From: Lachnospiraceae bacterium
GTDB taxonomy: Bacteria > Bacillota > Clostridia > Lachnospirales > Lachnospiraceae
Direction: 5' to 3'
Assembly (NCBI GenBank): GCA_017938485.1
Contig: JAGBBM010000015.1
Span: 26,528 to 90,527, forward strand
DNA length: 64,000 nt
The position numbers were made by a program, and so were the translations under genes. Below are positions 1-9,812 of the stretch, piece by piece (position 1 is the first letter of the stretch; each line of letters opens with the position of its first letter). The notes beneath the pieces were generated by a model. It saw only the letters and a list, made by a program, of their open reading frames with translations, did no database searches and was not told the DNA's origin.

Positions 1-2367
1 GAGGAAAGGTCTAATAAATGTAATGTCATCTGCACAAATTTCTTCCATATTGTTCTTAATGTTCTCTGCATAAGAAGTTACAATAGGGCAGTTGTAGTGG
101 TTGTTTGCGTCAGGAGTTTCATCTCTCTCATAAGGAATGCATGGGTAGAAGATGTTTTTAACTCCCTGTTTTAAGAGCCACATTACATGTCCGTGGGAAA
201 TCTTGGCAGGATAACATTCTGATTCACTAGGAATAGATTCGATACCAAGTGTATATATATCTCTTGATGACTTTGGAGACAACATAACTCTATACTTTAA
301 CTTAGTTAAGAAGGTGAACCAGAATGGATAGTTCTCGTACATATTGAGAACTCTAGGCACACCAATAACACCACGAGAAGCTTCAGCCTCACTAAGTGGC
401 TCGTAGTCAAAGAGCTTGTTGAATTTCCAGTCAAAAAGGTTAGGTACATTGTTCTTGTTTTTCTTAAGTCCAAGTCCCTGCTCACAACGGTTACCAGAAA
501 TGAACTGTCTGCCGCCAGAGAACTTGTTGATAGTTAAAAGACAGCTGTTGGTACAGCCCTTACATCTTGCCATACGAGTCTCGTAGGTAAGGTTCTCTAT
601 AGCTTCCTTATCAAGCATAGTAGTTTCCTGACCCTCTTCGTATCTGTCTCTAGCGATAAGAGCAGCGCCGAAAGCACCCATAATACCAGCGATATCAGGT
701 CTAATAGCTTCTCTACCGGAGATAAGCTCAAAGCTTCGAAGGACAGCGTCGTTATAGAAGGTACCACCCTGAACAACTATGTTTTCACCTAAAGACTTAG
801 GATCAGTAAGCTTAATAACCTTAAGAAGAGCATTCTTTATAACTGAATATGCAAGTCCAGCAGAAATATCAGCAACAGAAGCACCTTCCTTTTGAGCCTG
901 CTTAACCTTTGAGTTCATAAATACAGTACATCTTGAACCAAGGTCTATTGGGCTTTCTGCGAAGAGCGCAATCTTTGCAAAATCCTTAATCTCGTAGTTG
1001 AGTGACTTTGCGAAGGTCTCTATAAATGAACCACATCCAGAGGAACATGCCTCATTAAGCATAACGTTATCAACAACTTCGTTCTTAATCTTGATACATT
1101 TCATATCCTGACCACCGATATCAAGGATACAGTCTACGTCAGGGTTAAAGAATGCAGCAGCAGTGTAGTGGGCAATAGTCTCAACCTCGCCATATTCAAG
1201 CATAAGAGCAGACTTAATAAGAGCCTCACCGTAGCCTGTAGAACATCCTGCCACAATTTTAACGTCAGCAGGAAGCTTGGAATATATATCCTTTAATGCA
1301 CGCATAGTTGTCTTTAGAGGACTACCATTGTTGCTGCTATAAAAATCGTATAATAAAGAGCCATCCTCAGCTACAAGAGCAACTTTTGTAGTGGTTGAAC
1401 CTGCATCTACACCGAGGAAGCATTTGCCCTTGTATGTAGAAAGGTCACTTCTAAGAACCTTGTATTTGGCTTGTTTTTCTATGAACTTTGCATATTCACT
1501 TTCATTTGCAAAAAGTGGAGCAAGTCTGTCTACCTCAACAGAAATTTTAAGGTCAGCAGTTAAATTATCACTGATTTGCTTAAGTTCAAAAGTTACTTCT
1601 TCCTTTGCCTGAAGAGCTGCACCAACCGCTGCAAAAAGATGAGAGTGATTTGGAGCAATTATATGTTCCTCAGTTAAGTTAAGAGTTCTAATAAAAGCTT
1701 CTTTTAACTGGTCAAGGAAGTGAAGTGGTCCACCAAGGAAAGCAACGTTACCTTTGATTGGTTTACCACAAGCGAGACCACTGATGGTCTGGTTAACAAC
1801 TGCTTGGAATATAGATGCGGAAAGATTAGGTTTTGTCGCACCTTCATTTATAAGAGGCTGAATATCAGTTTTTGCAAATACACCACAACGGGCCGCAATA
1901 GGATAGATTGTATCATAATTTTTTGCGTACTCATTAAGACCTGTAGCATCAGTTTGTAAGAGAGAAGCCATCTGGTCGATAAATGAACCTGTTCCACCGG
2001 CACATACACCGTTCATACGCTGTTCAACACCGTTGGTAAAATATATTATCTTAGCGTCCTCGCCGCCAAGCTCTATAGCTACATCTGTGTGAGGAGCATA
2101 GTCCTGTAATGCCTCAGAAACGCAGACTACCTCCTGCTCGAAAGGCACACCAATTACTTCAGCAAGAGCAAGTCCTCCTGAACCTGTAATAGTAGGTGCA
2201 ACCTCTATGTTGCCCAGTTCCTTTGAAGCGTTATCAATAAGCTCCTTAAGAGTTTCCTTAATATTAGCAAAATGTCTTTTGTACTCTGAAAAGAGTATCT
2301 TGTGTTCCTCGTCAATAACAGCAACCTTTACGGTTGTTGAACCAATGTCAATTCCTAATCGTTTCAT
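1..2367 (-). CDS. Acyl-CoA dehydratase activase-related protein (tandem BcrAD/BadFG ATPase domains plus downstream domain; plasmalogen synthase PlsA-like), partial at left edge
   Basis: Not in the ORF track because it runs off the window. Manual translation from ATG 2367 gives [45 protein letters not shown], then a second activase repeat ([32 protein letters not shown]). Confidence 0.88.
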   Translation of the reverse strand, partial: MKRLGIDIGSTTVKVAVIDEEHKILFSEYKRHFANIKETLKELIDNASKELGNIEVAPTITGSGGLALAEVIGVPFEQEVVCVSEALQDYAPHTDVAIELGGEDAKIIYFTNGVEQRMNGVCAGGTGSFIDQMASLLQTDATGLNEYAKNYDTIYPIAARCGVFAKTDIQPLINEGATKPNLSASIFQAVVNQTISGLACGKPIKGNVAFLGGPLHFLDQLKEAFIRTLNLTEEHIIAPNHSHLFAAVGAALQAKEEVTFELKQISDNLTADLKISVEVDRLAPLFANESEYAKFIEKQAKYKVLRSDLSTYKGKCFLGVDAGSTTTKVALVAEDGSLLYDFYSSNNGSPLKTTMRALKDIYSKLPADVKIVAGCSTGYGEALIKSALMLEYGEVETIAHYTAAAFFNPDVDCILDIGGQDMKCIKIKNEVVDNVMLNEACSSGCGSFIETFAKSLNYEIKDFAKIALFAESPIDLGSRCTVFMNSKVKQAQKEGASVADISAGLAYSVIKNALLKVIKLTDPKSLGENIVVQGGTFYNDAVLRSFELISGREAIRPDIAGIMGAFGAALIARDRYEEGQETTMLDKEAIENLTYETRMARCKGCTNSCLLTINKFSGGRQFISGNRCEQGLGLKKNKNNVPNLFDWKFNKLFDYEPLSEAEASRGVIGVPRVLNMYENYPFWFTFLTKLKYRVMLSPKSSRDIYTLGIESIPSESECYPAKISHGHVMWLLKQGVKNIFYPCIPYERDETPDANNHYNCPIVTSYAENIKNNMEEICADDITFIRPFL

Positions 2368-2436
2368 ATTCGTTGTGACAAAAACTTGTCACGCCTCCTT
2401 ACTTATTAAAATACATTTTTTTCGCATACAAAGGAC

Positions 2437-2465
2437 ATTATAATTGATTATTAGACAAAATACAA
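2437..2465 (-). promoter_or_regulatory. sigmaA-type promoter of the activase gene
   Basis: Minus strand TTGTAT-N17-TATAAT, about 70 nt upstream of the ATG. Confidence 0.6.
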
Positions 2466-2507
2466 CAGTTTTAAATGTGAACTTTTACCTATTAAAATGT
2501 ATTAAAG

Positions 2508-2536
2508 AACTTTATTTGCCCCAATAGCATAGAATA
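2508..2536 (+). promoter_or_regulatory. Putative mother-cell (sigmaK/sigmaE-like) promoter of the LysM gene
   Basis: AACT-N16-CATAGAATA upstream of ATG 2557, matching a CATAnnnT -10. Confidence 0.4.
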
Positions 2537-2556
2537 ATTAAAAAAAGGGCAAATAT

Positions 2557-2889
2557 ATGGAAAAAGATTGTAATGGTGTTATACATCAGGTTGTGGCAGG
2601 GGATACTCTTTATAAATTATCAAAAATGTATGGTGTAAGACTTATAGATATTATGAAAGAAAATCCCTATGTAAATATATATAATTTACAGGTTGGAGAT
2701 GAGATTTGCATACCTACTGGAATCTATGAGGAGGATGAAAGAAGATATTATTCTACAAGGGTAGGAGATACATTTGGCAGTGTTGTGGAATCTATGGATA
2801 CCAACATACAAAGCCTTATGGATTATAACAAAGAATTGTATAATACAAGGCTTCCATTAGGCACAATACTCCGTATACCCCCAAAATAA
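2557..2889 (+). CDS. LysM peptidoglycan-binding protein (two LysM-like repeats, possibly spore coat associated)
   Basis: HQVVAGDTLYKLSKMYGV..NP..NIYNLQVGDEICIP, plus a degenerate second LysM (GDTFGSV..LRIP). Confidence 0.8.
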   Translation: MEKDCNGVIHQVVAGDTLYKLSKMYGVRLIDIMKENPYVNIYNLQVGDEICIPTGIYEEDERRYYSTRVGDTFGSVVESMDTNIQSLMDYNKELYNTRLPLGTILRIPPK

Positions 2890-3043
2890 AAAAGACACAA
2901 AATAGTAACAATTCATATCCTATATTTCGGTTGTTTTTTGCACCTTAATATTATATAATATATAATGATGTTTAAATGGGAGTACTATGTCCATAAGACT
3001 TGGTACTTCCATACAAATAAATTAGATATATGAGGTTATAGAC

Positions 3044-3979
3044 GTGAAATTTTTGTACAAGCTTGAAAAGAAATTTGGCAAATATGCAGTCGACAATTTA
3101 TCGACTAAGGTAGTTATTTTATTTTGTATTTCATATTTTTTGTGGATGGCTTTGCCTGAACTATATGAACTCCTTGTCTTTGATACTGTATATGTTTTTG
3201 CAGGACATCAGTACTGGAGAATATTCACCTGGATTTTCACCATTCCGGGTGGCGTTAGTGTGTTTACATTTTTAATGCTTTTTGTATATGCAAGTATAGG
3301 TAATAATGTTGAACGTAGTGTGGGTACTTTCCTATATAACATATATATTTTCGGATTGATATTTTTGCTCACAGTGGCTCAGTTTGTTACCGGTTTTATA
3401 GAATATCTTGAAATGCCAGAAATATACGATGCGGTATATCAGGTGAGTAAGGAGACAGGAGAGGTGATATATGGTCAGGATTATCTCGGCTATATATCTA
3501 ATTTTGGACCAACATATTTTATTAGTATGAGCGTATTCTTAGGCTTTGCCCTTATTTTCTCTGATGCCATGATGTTGTTTATGTTCCTGATACCAATTAA
3601 AGTAGGTTGGTTTGCAGTTGCTGATGTTGCATATCTTATATATGTATTCTTTACAAATGAGGACTTAGTTTTAAGAGGTATTATTATGGCGGTATTGGTT
3701 AACTTCGGATTGTTCTATCTCCTTGTTAAAAAGTATCGCAGTTTTAGAAGATTCCATGCAACCTCTGCTCAGTTAAAGAAACGAAAAGAATTTAGACGTT
3801 CTGTAAGAGACCAGGAATTAAAATATTCTGTTCACAGTGACATCACAAGACATAAATGTGCGATTTGTGGTAGAAGTGAAAGAGATGGTGACGAGTTAGA
3901 GTTTAGATTCTGCTCTAAGTGTAACGGCAATTACGAGTATTGCAATGAACACTTATTTACTCATGAACATGTAAAATAA
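3044..3979 (+). CDS. Rhomboid/derlin-like membrane protein with C-terminal Zn-finger
   Basis: About 6 TM segments, QYWRIFTWIF (rhomboid-superfamily WR motif), C-terminal CAIC..CSKC..YC..H..H. Confidence 0.65.
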   Translation: MKFLYKLEKKFGKYAVDNLSTKVVILFCISYFLWMALPELYELLVFDTVYVFAGHQYWRIFTWIFTIPGGVSVFTFLMLFVYASIGNNVERSVGTFLYNIYIFGLIFLLTVAQFVTGFIEYLEMPEIYDAVYQVSKETGEVIYGQDYLGYISNFGPTYFISMSVFLGFALIFSDAMMLFMFLIPIKVGWFAVADVAYLIYVFFTNEDLVLRGIIMAVLVNFGLFYLLVKKYRSFRRFHATSAQLKKRKEFRRSVRDQELKYSVHSDITRHKCAICGRSERDGDELEFRFCSKCNGNYEYCNEHLFTHEHVK

Positions 3980-3998
3980 AAAACAGGAGACTTAACAT

Positions 3999-5405
3999 AT
4001 GATAGGCAAATGCAAAAAAATAGTGACAGATATTACAAGAAAAGCAGATTTAGAAAGAGATATACCCGTTTATAAGGACATGCTTTTTGCACAGTATAAT
4101 TATTATGCAACAGTTAAGATGTGTATGAATTATTACACAGTAAAAGAGATGATTGCAGAGATTGATGATGATTCTTCTGATTTGGTAGAGGACTACAATA
4201 CATTATCAAATCTTATACTTAAACATATCGTGGGTAGAGAGATGGTTGAAAAGGAATCTCTTGAGGCTATTAACTCTATCAGAAAAAGAGTTGAGTACAA
4301 GATGAAGAACTTAACTGCATTTACTGATGGTTATGAGATATATGAGTATATTTTAAATCGTATTGAGGCAAGAGTGAAGGATACTACTAGTGAAGTGGAC
4401 GTAGAACAGTTATCAGCTAAGATGTTCCAGTATGTATTTTCTGAGAAAGATACAGTAGTTATAAACAGTAAGCTTCAGCTTCTTATGTCTCAGTTACCTG
4501 TTCGTATGACTAAAAACAAATTTTACGATATAGTTGCAAATACTTTATCAATATATAAGGGTGGTGAGATATCATCTGTAAATGATTTTGCGGATATGCT
4601 TAGAAGTTCCGCTCTTATTACAAAGCCAGAAGGTTTTGAAAAGGAATATCCAAAGTTGTATGACACATATCTTGCACTTGCACAGGCAGATTATAAGAAT
4701 ATAGATGAGAAGAGTTTTGATGCTTTACAGGAAAAACTTAGTACATCGGTTTCATTTATTACTGAAGAGGTATCTGCATATATGCTTATGCAGGAGGTGG
4801 TAAATGACGTATATACAATTCTTTTGACAGTGGATAAGGCATATGATGTCAATATTTCAAAGCAGGGTTATAAGGCTGCAGTGGATATTTTAGACGCCTG
4901 CGCAAAATGTGATAGCATAGAAGATATATCTATAGATACTATGGATTTATTTATGGCCATAGAGGGTGTTCAGGAAAATGTTTACGAGAGTATTATTGTT
5001 CTTGATACTGTTCTTGATGATATAACTAAAGGGAATGTAGACGTAATCGAAAACCTTGGGTTAAGTGATGATTTTTGTGATTTAAATAAGGCAAATAAGC
5101 TTATGTCCACAAGTTTATTTATTGATTTGGATAAGGATGTGGTTGAGTCGGGGGATATAGCTGATAACGACTACATTATGAAGCTTAGAGATGAGATAAC
5201 AGAAGAGCTTACTTCACTGTTTGAGGATAAAGATAGAGCAGTGATTAGAAGTATTATGTGTAAGATTATAGCTGCTATGCCTATATTCCTCAATTCACAG
5301 CAGGAGATAAAGGATTATTTTGATCATGTTCTTGGCAATTGCAAGGATGATAGTGAACTTACAGCTTGTAATAAACTTATATGTGACATAATCGAAGAGG
5401 GTTAG
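3999..5405 (+). CDS. Hypothetical protein (468 aa, acidic, probably helical)
   Basis: Long ORF with AGGAG RBS; no motif recognised. Confidence 0.75.
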   Translation: MIGKCKKIVTDITRKADLERDIPVYKDMLFAQYNYYATVKMCMNYYTVKEMIAEIDDDSSDLVEDYNTLSNLILKHIVGREMVEKESLEAINSIRKRVEYKMKNLTAFTDGYEIYEYILNRIEARVKDTTSEVDVEQLSAKMFQYVFSEKDTVVINSKLQLLMSQLPVRMTKNKFYDIVANTLSIYKGGEISSVNDFADMLRSSALITKPEGFEKEYPKLYDTYLALAQADYKNIDEKSFDALQEKLSTSVSFITEEVSAYMLMQEVVNDVYTILLTVDKAYDVNISKQGYKAAVDILDACAKCDSIEDISIDTMDLFMAIEGVQENVYESIIVLDTVLDDITKGNVDVIENLGLSDDFCDLNKANKLMSTSLFIDLDKDVVESGDIADNDYIMKLRDEITEELTSLFEDKDRAVIRSIMCKIIAAMPIFLNSQQEIKDYFDHVLGNCKDDSELTACNKLICDIIEEG

Positions 5406-5430
5406 TATAAGAAGGACACAGGGTGATTTT

Positions 5431-5745
5431 ATGCAGATTATAGATAAGTTATATACATATGGAATGAGTGATAAAAAACTGGATAAAATCATAGCAAAGG
5501 TTAAGAAAGGCAAGGTAATTCCTAATCTTTGTCTTATTACCTTGCCCTTGTTTGAGGATGGTATTTTGGAGATATATGATTACAATCAGTTGCTACAACC
5601 TTACTACAAATCACTAGACAGTAAGATTACTGTTGTTGGTATAACTAAGAGTAAGGGTGATGCAAATGAGGTTGTGCTTCATATAGTTCAGCAGATGTAT
5701 GATGCTGGTGTAGATTTTAATGTAAAAGAGTATTTGGGTATTTAG
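5431..5745 (+). CDS. Hypothetical protein (104 aa)
   Basis: Closely spaced with neighbours, GGGTG RBS; no motif recognised. Confidence 0.7.
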   Translation: MQIIDKLYTYGMSDKKLDKIIAKVKKGKVIPNLCLITLPLFEDGILEIYDYNQLLQPYYKSLDSKITVVGITKSKGDANEVVLHIVQQMYDAGVDFNVKEYLGI

Positions 5746-5753
5746 GGGTAAAT

Positions 5754-6722
5754 ATGCTTCAGATTTTATTAACAATACTTAAAATTATATTATGGATTTT
5801 TCTGGGCATTTTAGGATTAGTTGTAGTTCTTCTTTTGCTCGTACTTTTTGCGCCAATTAAGTACAAGGTTGATGCCAAGAAATATGAAAACATAAAGGTC
5901 AAGGCAAAGATTAATTTTTTAATTGCTTCGGTAACGGTTTTGTTTGACCAGGAGACGAACCAATTGGACAATGTTGTTCGGATATGTGGTATTCCTCTAA
6001 AACTTGGAGGAAGTGAAAAAAAGGACAAGCCTAAAAAGGAAAAGAAGAGTAAGAAACAAAAGGATGCAGTTGAGGTGTCTATAGAAGATAGCTCTGTAGA
6101 AAACAACACCGAAGATACAAGTGTTCAATCTATAGATGTAGCTACTGAAACATCAGAAACTCAGACAGAAAATACACTGGAGAGTGATAAGTTTGATGTT
6201 TTTGAAGATACCAATGAGCTTCCTAGGGAAGAAAAGCACTTGCTTGGAAGAATTAAGGTTTTATTTAAGAAAATATGGGAAAAACTAATTAAAGTAAAAG
6301 ATTTTCTTATTAATTTTAATCCGGATACTGTATCAGAATTTATTAACAAAAAAACTTGTAAACTTAGGAAAACTATTCACCGATTTAAGATATTCTGGAA
6401 TATGAAATGTACAGTGAAAACCAGAGCTTACCTAAAGAAGTATCTACTTAGTGTATTTAAACATATTGCACCAAGAAAAGTGAAGGGTAACGTCAAATTT
6501 GGTTTTGATGAGCCTTATAAAACTGGTCAAATTATCGGATATATAAGTATGTTACCTTTTGTTTATCAAAAGGAACTTTACTGGGAACCAGACTTTTATA
6601 ACAAAGTTATAGAAGGAGAGTTGTATCTTAAGGGTAAGATTAGATTAGGTTATATTGCACGTATAGTGCTTAATATAAACATATGGAAAACAATTAAAGC
6701 AGCGAGAAAAATTAAGGTGTAG
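5754..6722 (+). CDS. DUF2953/YtfI-like membrane-anchored protein
   Basis: N-terminal TM, acidic linker, C-terminal FGFDEPYKTG..PDF motif; directly upstream of a YtfJ gene. Confidence 0.7.
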   Translation: MLQILLTILKIILWIFLGILGLVVVLLLLVLFAPIKYKVDAKKYENIKVKAKINFLIASVTVLFDQETNQLDNVVRICGIPLKLGGSEKKDKPKKEKKSKKQKDAVEVSIEDSSVENNTEDTSVQSIDVATETSETQTENTLESDKFDVFEDTNELPREEKHLLGRIKVLFKKIWEKLIKVKDFLINFNPDTVSEFINKKTCKLRKTIHRFKIFWNMKCTVKTRAYLKKYLLSVFKHIAPRKVKGNVKFGFDEPYKTGQIIGYISMLPFVYQKELYWEPDFYNKVIEGELYLKGKIRLGYIARIVLNINIWKTIKAARKIKV

Positions 6723-6740
6723 ATATAGGAGGTATTTATT

Positions 6741-7145
6741 ATGGCAAACGATTTTAATCAGACAGTAGGTTCATTATTTCAGGGGATGAATTCTCTTCTT
6801 ACAACAAAGACAGTTGTTGGCGAACCAACTAAGATAGGAGATACTATTATTTTACCACTTGTGGATGTTAATTTTGGCGTAGGTGCGGGGGCATTTGCTG
6901 GAAAGACAAACTCAGCTGGTGGTGGAATGGGTGGTAAGATGTCGCCTTCAGCAGTTCTTGTGATTCAAAACGGCAAAGCGAAGATGGTTAGTGTCAAGGG
7001 TGAGGATACTGTTGGTAAGATTCTTGACATGGTGCCAGATGTTGTTGACAAAGTTGCTAATTTAGTGGGAAAAGGAAACAAGAATCCAGAGGAAGAAGAG
7101 CAGATTAATAAAGTAATTGATGAATTAGAAGAAGAAAATATCTAA
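6741..7145 (+). CDS. GerW/YtfJ family protein
   Basis: TKTVVGEP..IILPLVDVNFGVGAG..GGGMGGKMSPSAVLVI is the YtfJ signature. Confidence 0.85.
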   Translation: MANDFNQTVGSLFQGMNSLLTTKTVVGEPTKIGDTIILPLVDVNFGVGAGAFAGKTNSAGGGMGGKMSPSAVLVIQNGKAKMVSVKGEDTVGKILDMVPDVVDKVANLVGKGNKNPEEEEQINKVIDELEEENI

Positions 7146-7206
7146 ACTAATTCTTTATGATATTGATTAAGCATATACTGTTATAAGTTCGGTGTTTAGG
7201 TGTTTG

Positions 7207-7344
7207 ATGAGGGCTTTATTCGGTTATGCTATGCTATTTATTGCAATAGGAATATTGATTTCTTATTTCATAAGTGGTTTTACGGAGTTTTTATTTGTTA
7301 TATTTATGCTTGTGGGTGCTTATTTTCTTTTGTGTAAGTGCTAG
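7207..7344 (+). CDS. Small two-TM membrane protein (45 aa), below the ORF-track cutoff
   Basis: MRALFGYAMLFIAIGILISYFISGFTEFLFVIFMLVGAYFLLCKC*. AGGTG RBS at 7198-7202; fills the intergenic gap. Confidence 0.65.
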   Translation: MRALFGYAMLFIAIGILISYFISGFTEFLFVIFMLVGAYFLLCKC

Positions 7345-7369
7345 ATTACAATGTGAATAAGGTGGAGTT

Positions 7370-8113
7370 ATGAAGAATTTTTCTGCCACAATACAATATG
7401 ATGGAACAAGGTACAGTGGATGGCAGCGTCAGGGCAATACTGATAATACTATTGAAAGTAAAATTAGTATGGTTCTTTCTAATATGACAGATTCTGATGT
7501 GCCTGTAGAAATTCATGGTTCAGGTAGAACTGATGCAGGTGTTCATGCCTTTGGTCAGGTTGCTAACTTTCATATTGATACAGATATGACTTGTGAAAAC
7601 ATACGGGAGTATATGAACAGGTATTTGCCAGAGGATATAAATATTTTAGAAGTTAAGGAAGTGGATACTAGATTTCATGCTAGACTTAATGCAAAGGAAA
7701 AGACATATTTGTATCGAATTGACAACAACAAAAAAGCAGATGTTTTTCTTAGAAGATTCACCCACTGGAGTCCTGACACCTATGATATAGATAAGATGAA
7801 AGAACTGATTTATGTGTTCTTGGGAAAGCATGATTTTATAAGTTTTTCAGATATGAAATCTAACAAAAAATCAACGGTGCGGGATATATATAGTATTCAT
7901 ATTTATGAGAAAGACGGTATTATTCATATCGAGTATACTGGCAATGGATTTTTGTATCATATGGTTAGAAAGCTAACTGCAGCCTTTATGGAGGTTGGCT
8001 TAGGTGTGAAAACTATAGATGATATAAAAGATATACTAGAAAAACAGGACAGACAAGCATTTAAGAGTATGGCTCCTGCTAAAGGGCTTGCTTTAATGAA
8101 GGTTATGTACTAA
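7370..8113 (+). CDS. truA: tRNA pseudouridine(38-40) synthase
   Basis: YDGTRYSGWQRQ, GSGRTDAGVHA, GNGFLYHMVR, APAKGLAL. Confidence 0.93.
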   Translation: MKNFSATIQYDGTRYSGWQRQGNTDNTIESKISMVLSNMTDSDVPVEIHGSGRTDAGVHAFGQVANFHIDTDMTCENIREYMNRYLPEDINILEVKEVDTRFHARLNAKEKTYLYRIDNNKKADVFLRRFTHWSPDTYDIDKMKELIYVFLGKHDFISFSDMKSNKKSTVRDIYSIHIYEKDGIIHIEYTGNGFLYHMVRKLTAAFMEVGLGVKTIDDIKDILEKQDRQAFKSMAPAKGLALMKVMY

Positions 8114-8126
8114 GTGAGAGGATGCT

Positions 8127-9113
8127 ATGACAACAGATAAGATTAATTCATTAATAAATTTATTAAAAGAGGGTAGAAGGGTTTTTATACAAACCCACAA
8201 TTTCCCTGATCCAGATGCTATATCTAGCGCATTTGGTTTACAGCAATTTTTATTAAAATATGATATTGATGCTACTATCTGTTATGTGGGTAGTGTTGAT
8301 AGATTCAATACGAGAAAGATGATGGATACATTCGGTATAGAAATTTATTCCTATGATGATATCAATGATATGAAAGAGGAAGATTATATTGTTCATATCG
8401 ATTGTCAGAAACCAAATGCCAATACAACGGATTTACTGGGTAATGAGATAGCTTGTATAGACCATCATCCGGTGTTTGTTGAGGAAGATAGTTATAAATA
8501 TACAGATATTAGGATTACTGGGGCTTGTGCTAGTATTATTGCAGATTACTATAAGTCTACAGACACTATTATGTCTGTTGATGTAGCGACAGCATTAGCC
8601 TATGGTATTAAGATGGATACATATGATTTTGTAAGAGGCACCACGCCTCTTGATATGGATATGATGTCCTATATTTTCAATTATGCAGACTGGGATAAGC
8701 TTAATAGTATGTACAATTCAACTATAGAATTTCAGGATTTGAAAGCCTATGGTGCTGCAATTGAGAATATTGATGTGTTTGATTTTGTTGGTTTTTCTTA
8801 TATACCATTTGAATGCCCGAATTCCTTGGTTGCAATTATATCAGACTTTATTTTGTCCTTGGATGTGGTAGATGTATCTATCGTTTATTCTATCAATAGT
8901 GACGGAATTAAATTTTCTGTAAGAAGTGAAAGACATGATGTTGATGCAGGACGTCTTATTCACAGAGCCTTAAGGGGGATTGGTTCTGGTGGAGGCCATG
9001 CGGCCATGGCAGGCGGTTTTGTATCTCAAAAGGAGTTAGATAAAATCGGCAATCATTACGACGGGAAGATAAAAGAGTTATTTATGGATACGCTTAAGGA
9101 TGCTTTACATTAA
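8127..9113 (+). CDS. DHH/DHHA1 family phosphoesterase
   Basis: HNFPDPDA, CIDHHP, SVRS, GGGHAAMAGG. Confidence 0.9.
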   Translation: MTTDKINSLINLLKEGRRVFIQTHNFPDPDAISSAFGLQQFLLKYDIDATICYVGSVDRFNTRKMMDTFGIEIYSYDDINDMKEEDYIVHIDCQKPNANTTDLLGNEIACIDHHPVFVEEDSYKYTDIRITGACASIIADYYKSTDTIMSVDVATALAYGIKMDTYDFVRGTTPLDMDMMSYIFNYADWDKLNSMYNSTIEFQDLKAYGAAIENIDVFDFVGFSYIPFECPNSLVAIISDFILSLDVVDVSIVYSINSDGIKFSVRSERHDVDAGRLIHRALRGIGSGGGHAAMAGGFVSQKELDKIGNHYDGKIKELFMDTLKDALH

Positions 9114-9134
9114 TTAGAGTTAGAGGTGGTTACA

Positions 9135-9800
9135 ATGAATACAGGAACTGATATTAGCTTAGATATGCTTATGAATTCGGAGAATCCGGAAAAAGCATTA
9201 AAGAATGTTCAGCCATTTATGGTACTTATGATGTATTATGAATGTGCGATGATGGAAATTGAGACAAAACTAAAGATTTTAAATAAGGAATTTGCTTTAA
9301 AGCATAGAAGAAATCCCTTTGAGTCTATAAAATGCAGACTTAAATCACCTGTTAGTATAAGTGAGAAGATGAAAAAGAAGGGGTTAGAGTTAACCATAGA
9401 GAACATAGAAGATAATCTTACGGATATTGCAGGTGTAAGAGTTATATGTTCATTCCCAGAGGATATCTATGTGTTGTCAGAGCTTCTTTCTGAGCAGGAT
9501 GATATAGATGTAGTTTGCGTAAAAGACTATATTCGCAATCCAAAGCCAAATGGATATAGAAGCCTTCATCTCATTGTAGAAGTACCTATTTTCCTCTCAA
9601 ATGAGAAAAGAATGATGAAGGTAGAGGTTCAGTTTAGAACTATTGCTATGGATTTTTGGGCAAGTCTTGATCATAAGTTAAAATATAAAAAAGATAATTT
9701 AAAACACCCTGAGATAATTGCTCAGGAGCTTAAAAAATGTGCAGATATGAGTACTGCTATGGATTATAAGATGCAGGAAATTCGTAATATGCTTGAATAA
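9135..9800 (+). CDS. Small alarmone synthetase (RelP/RelQ-like GTP pyrophosphokinase)
   Basis: RLKSPVSI, DIAGVRVIC, PKPNGYRSLH, EVQFRTIAMDFWASLDHKLKYK. Start moved to the ATG after the GAGGTG RBS. Confidence 0.92.
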   Translation: MNTGTDISLDMLMNSENPEKALKNVQPFMVLMMYYECAMMEIETKLKILNKEFALKHRRNPFESIKCRLKSPVSISEKMKKKGLELTIENIEDNLTDIAGVRVICSFPEDIYVLSELLSEQDDIDVVCVKDYIRNPKPNGYRSLHLIVEVPIFLSNEKRMMKVEVQFRTIAMDFWASLDHKLKYKKDNLKHPEIIAQELKKCADMSTAMDYKMQEIRNMLE

Positions 9801-9812
9801 TTGGAGGCTAGT

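Noticed and set aside
1391-2443. Plus-strand ORFs 1391..1612, 1720..1959 and 2207..2443
   Set aside because: They are antisense shadows of the long minus-strand activase gene.
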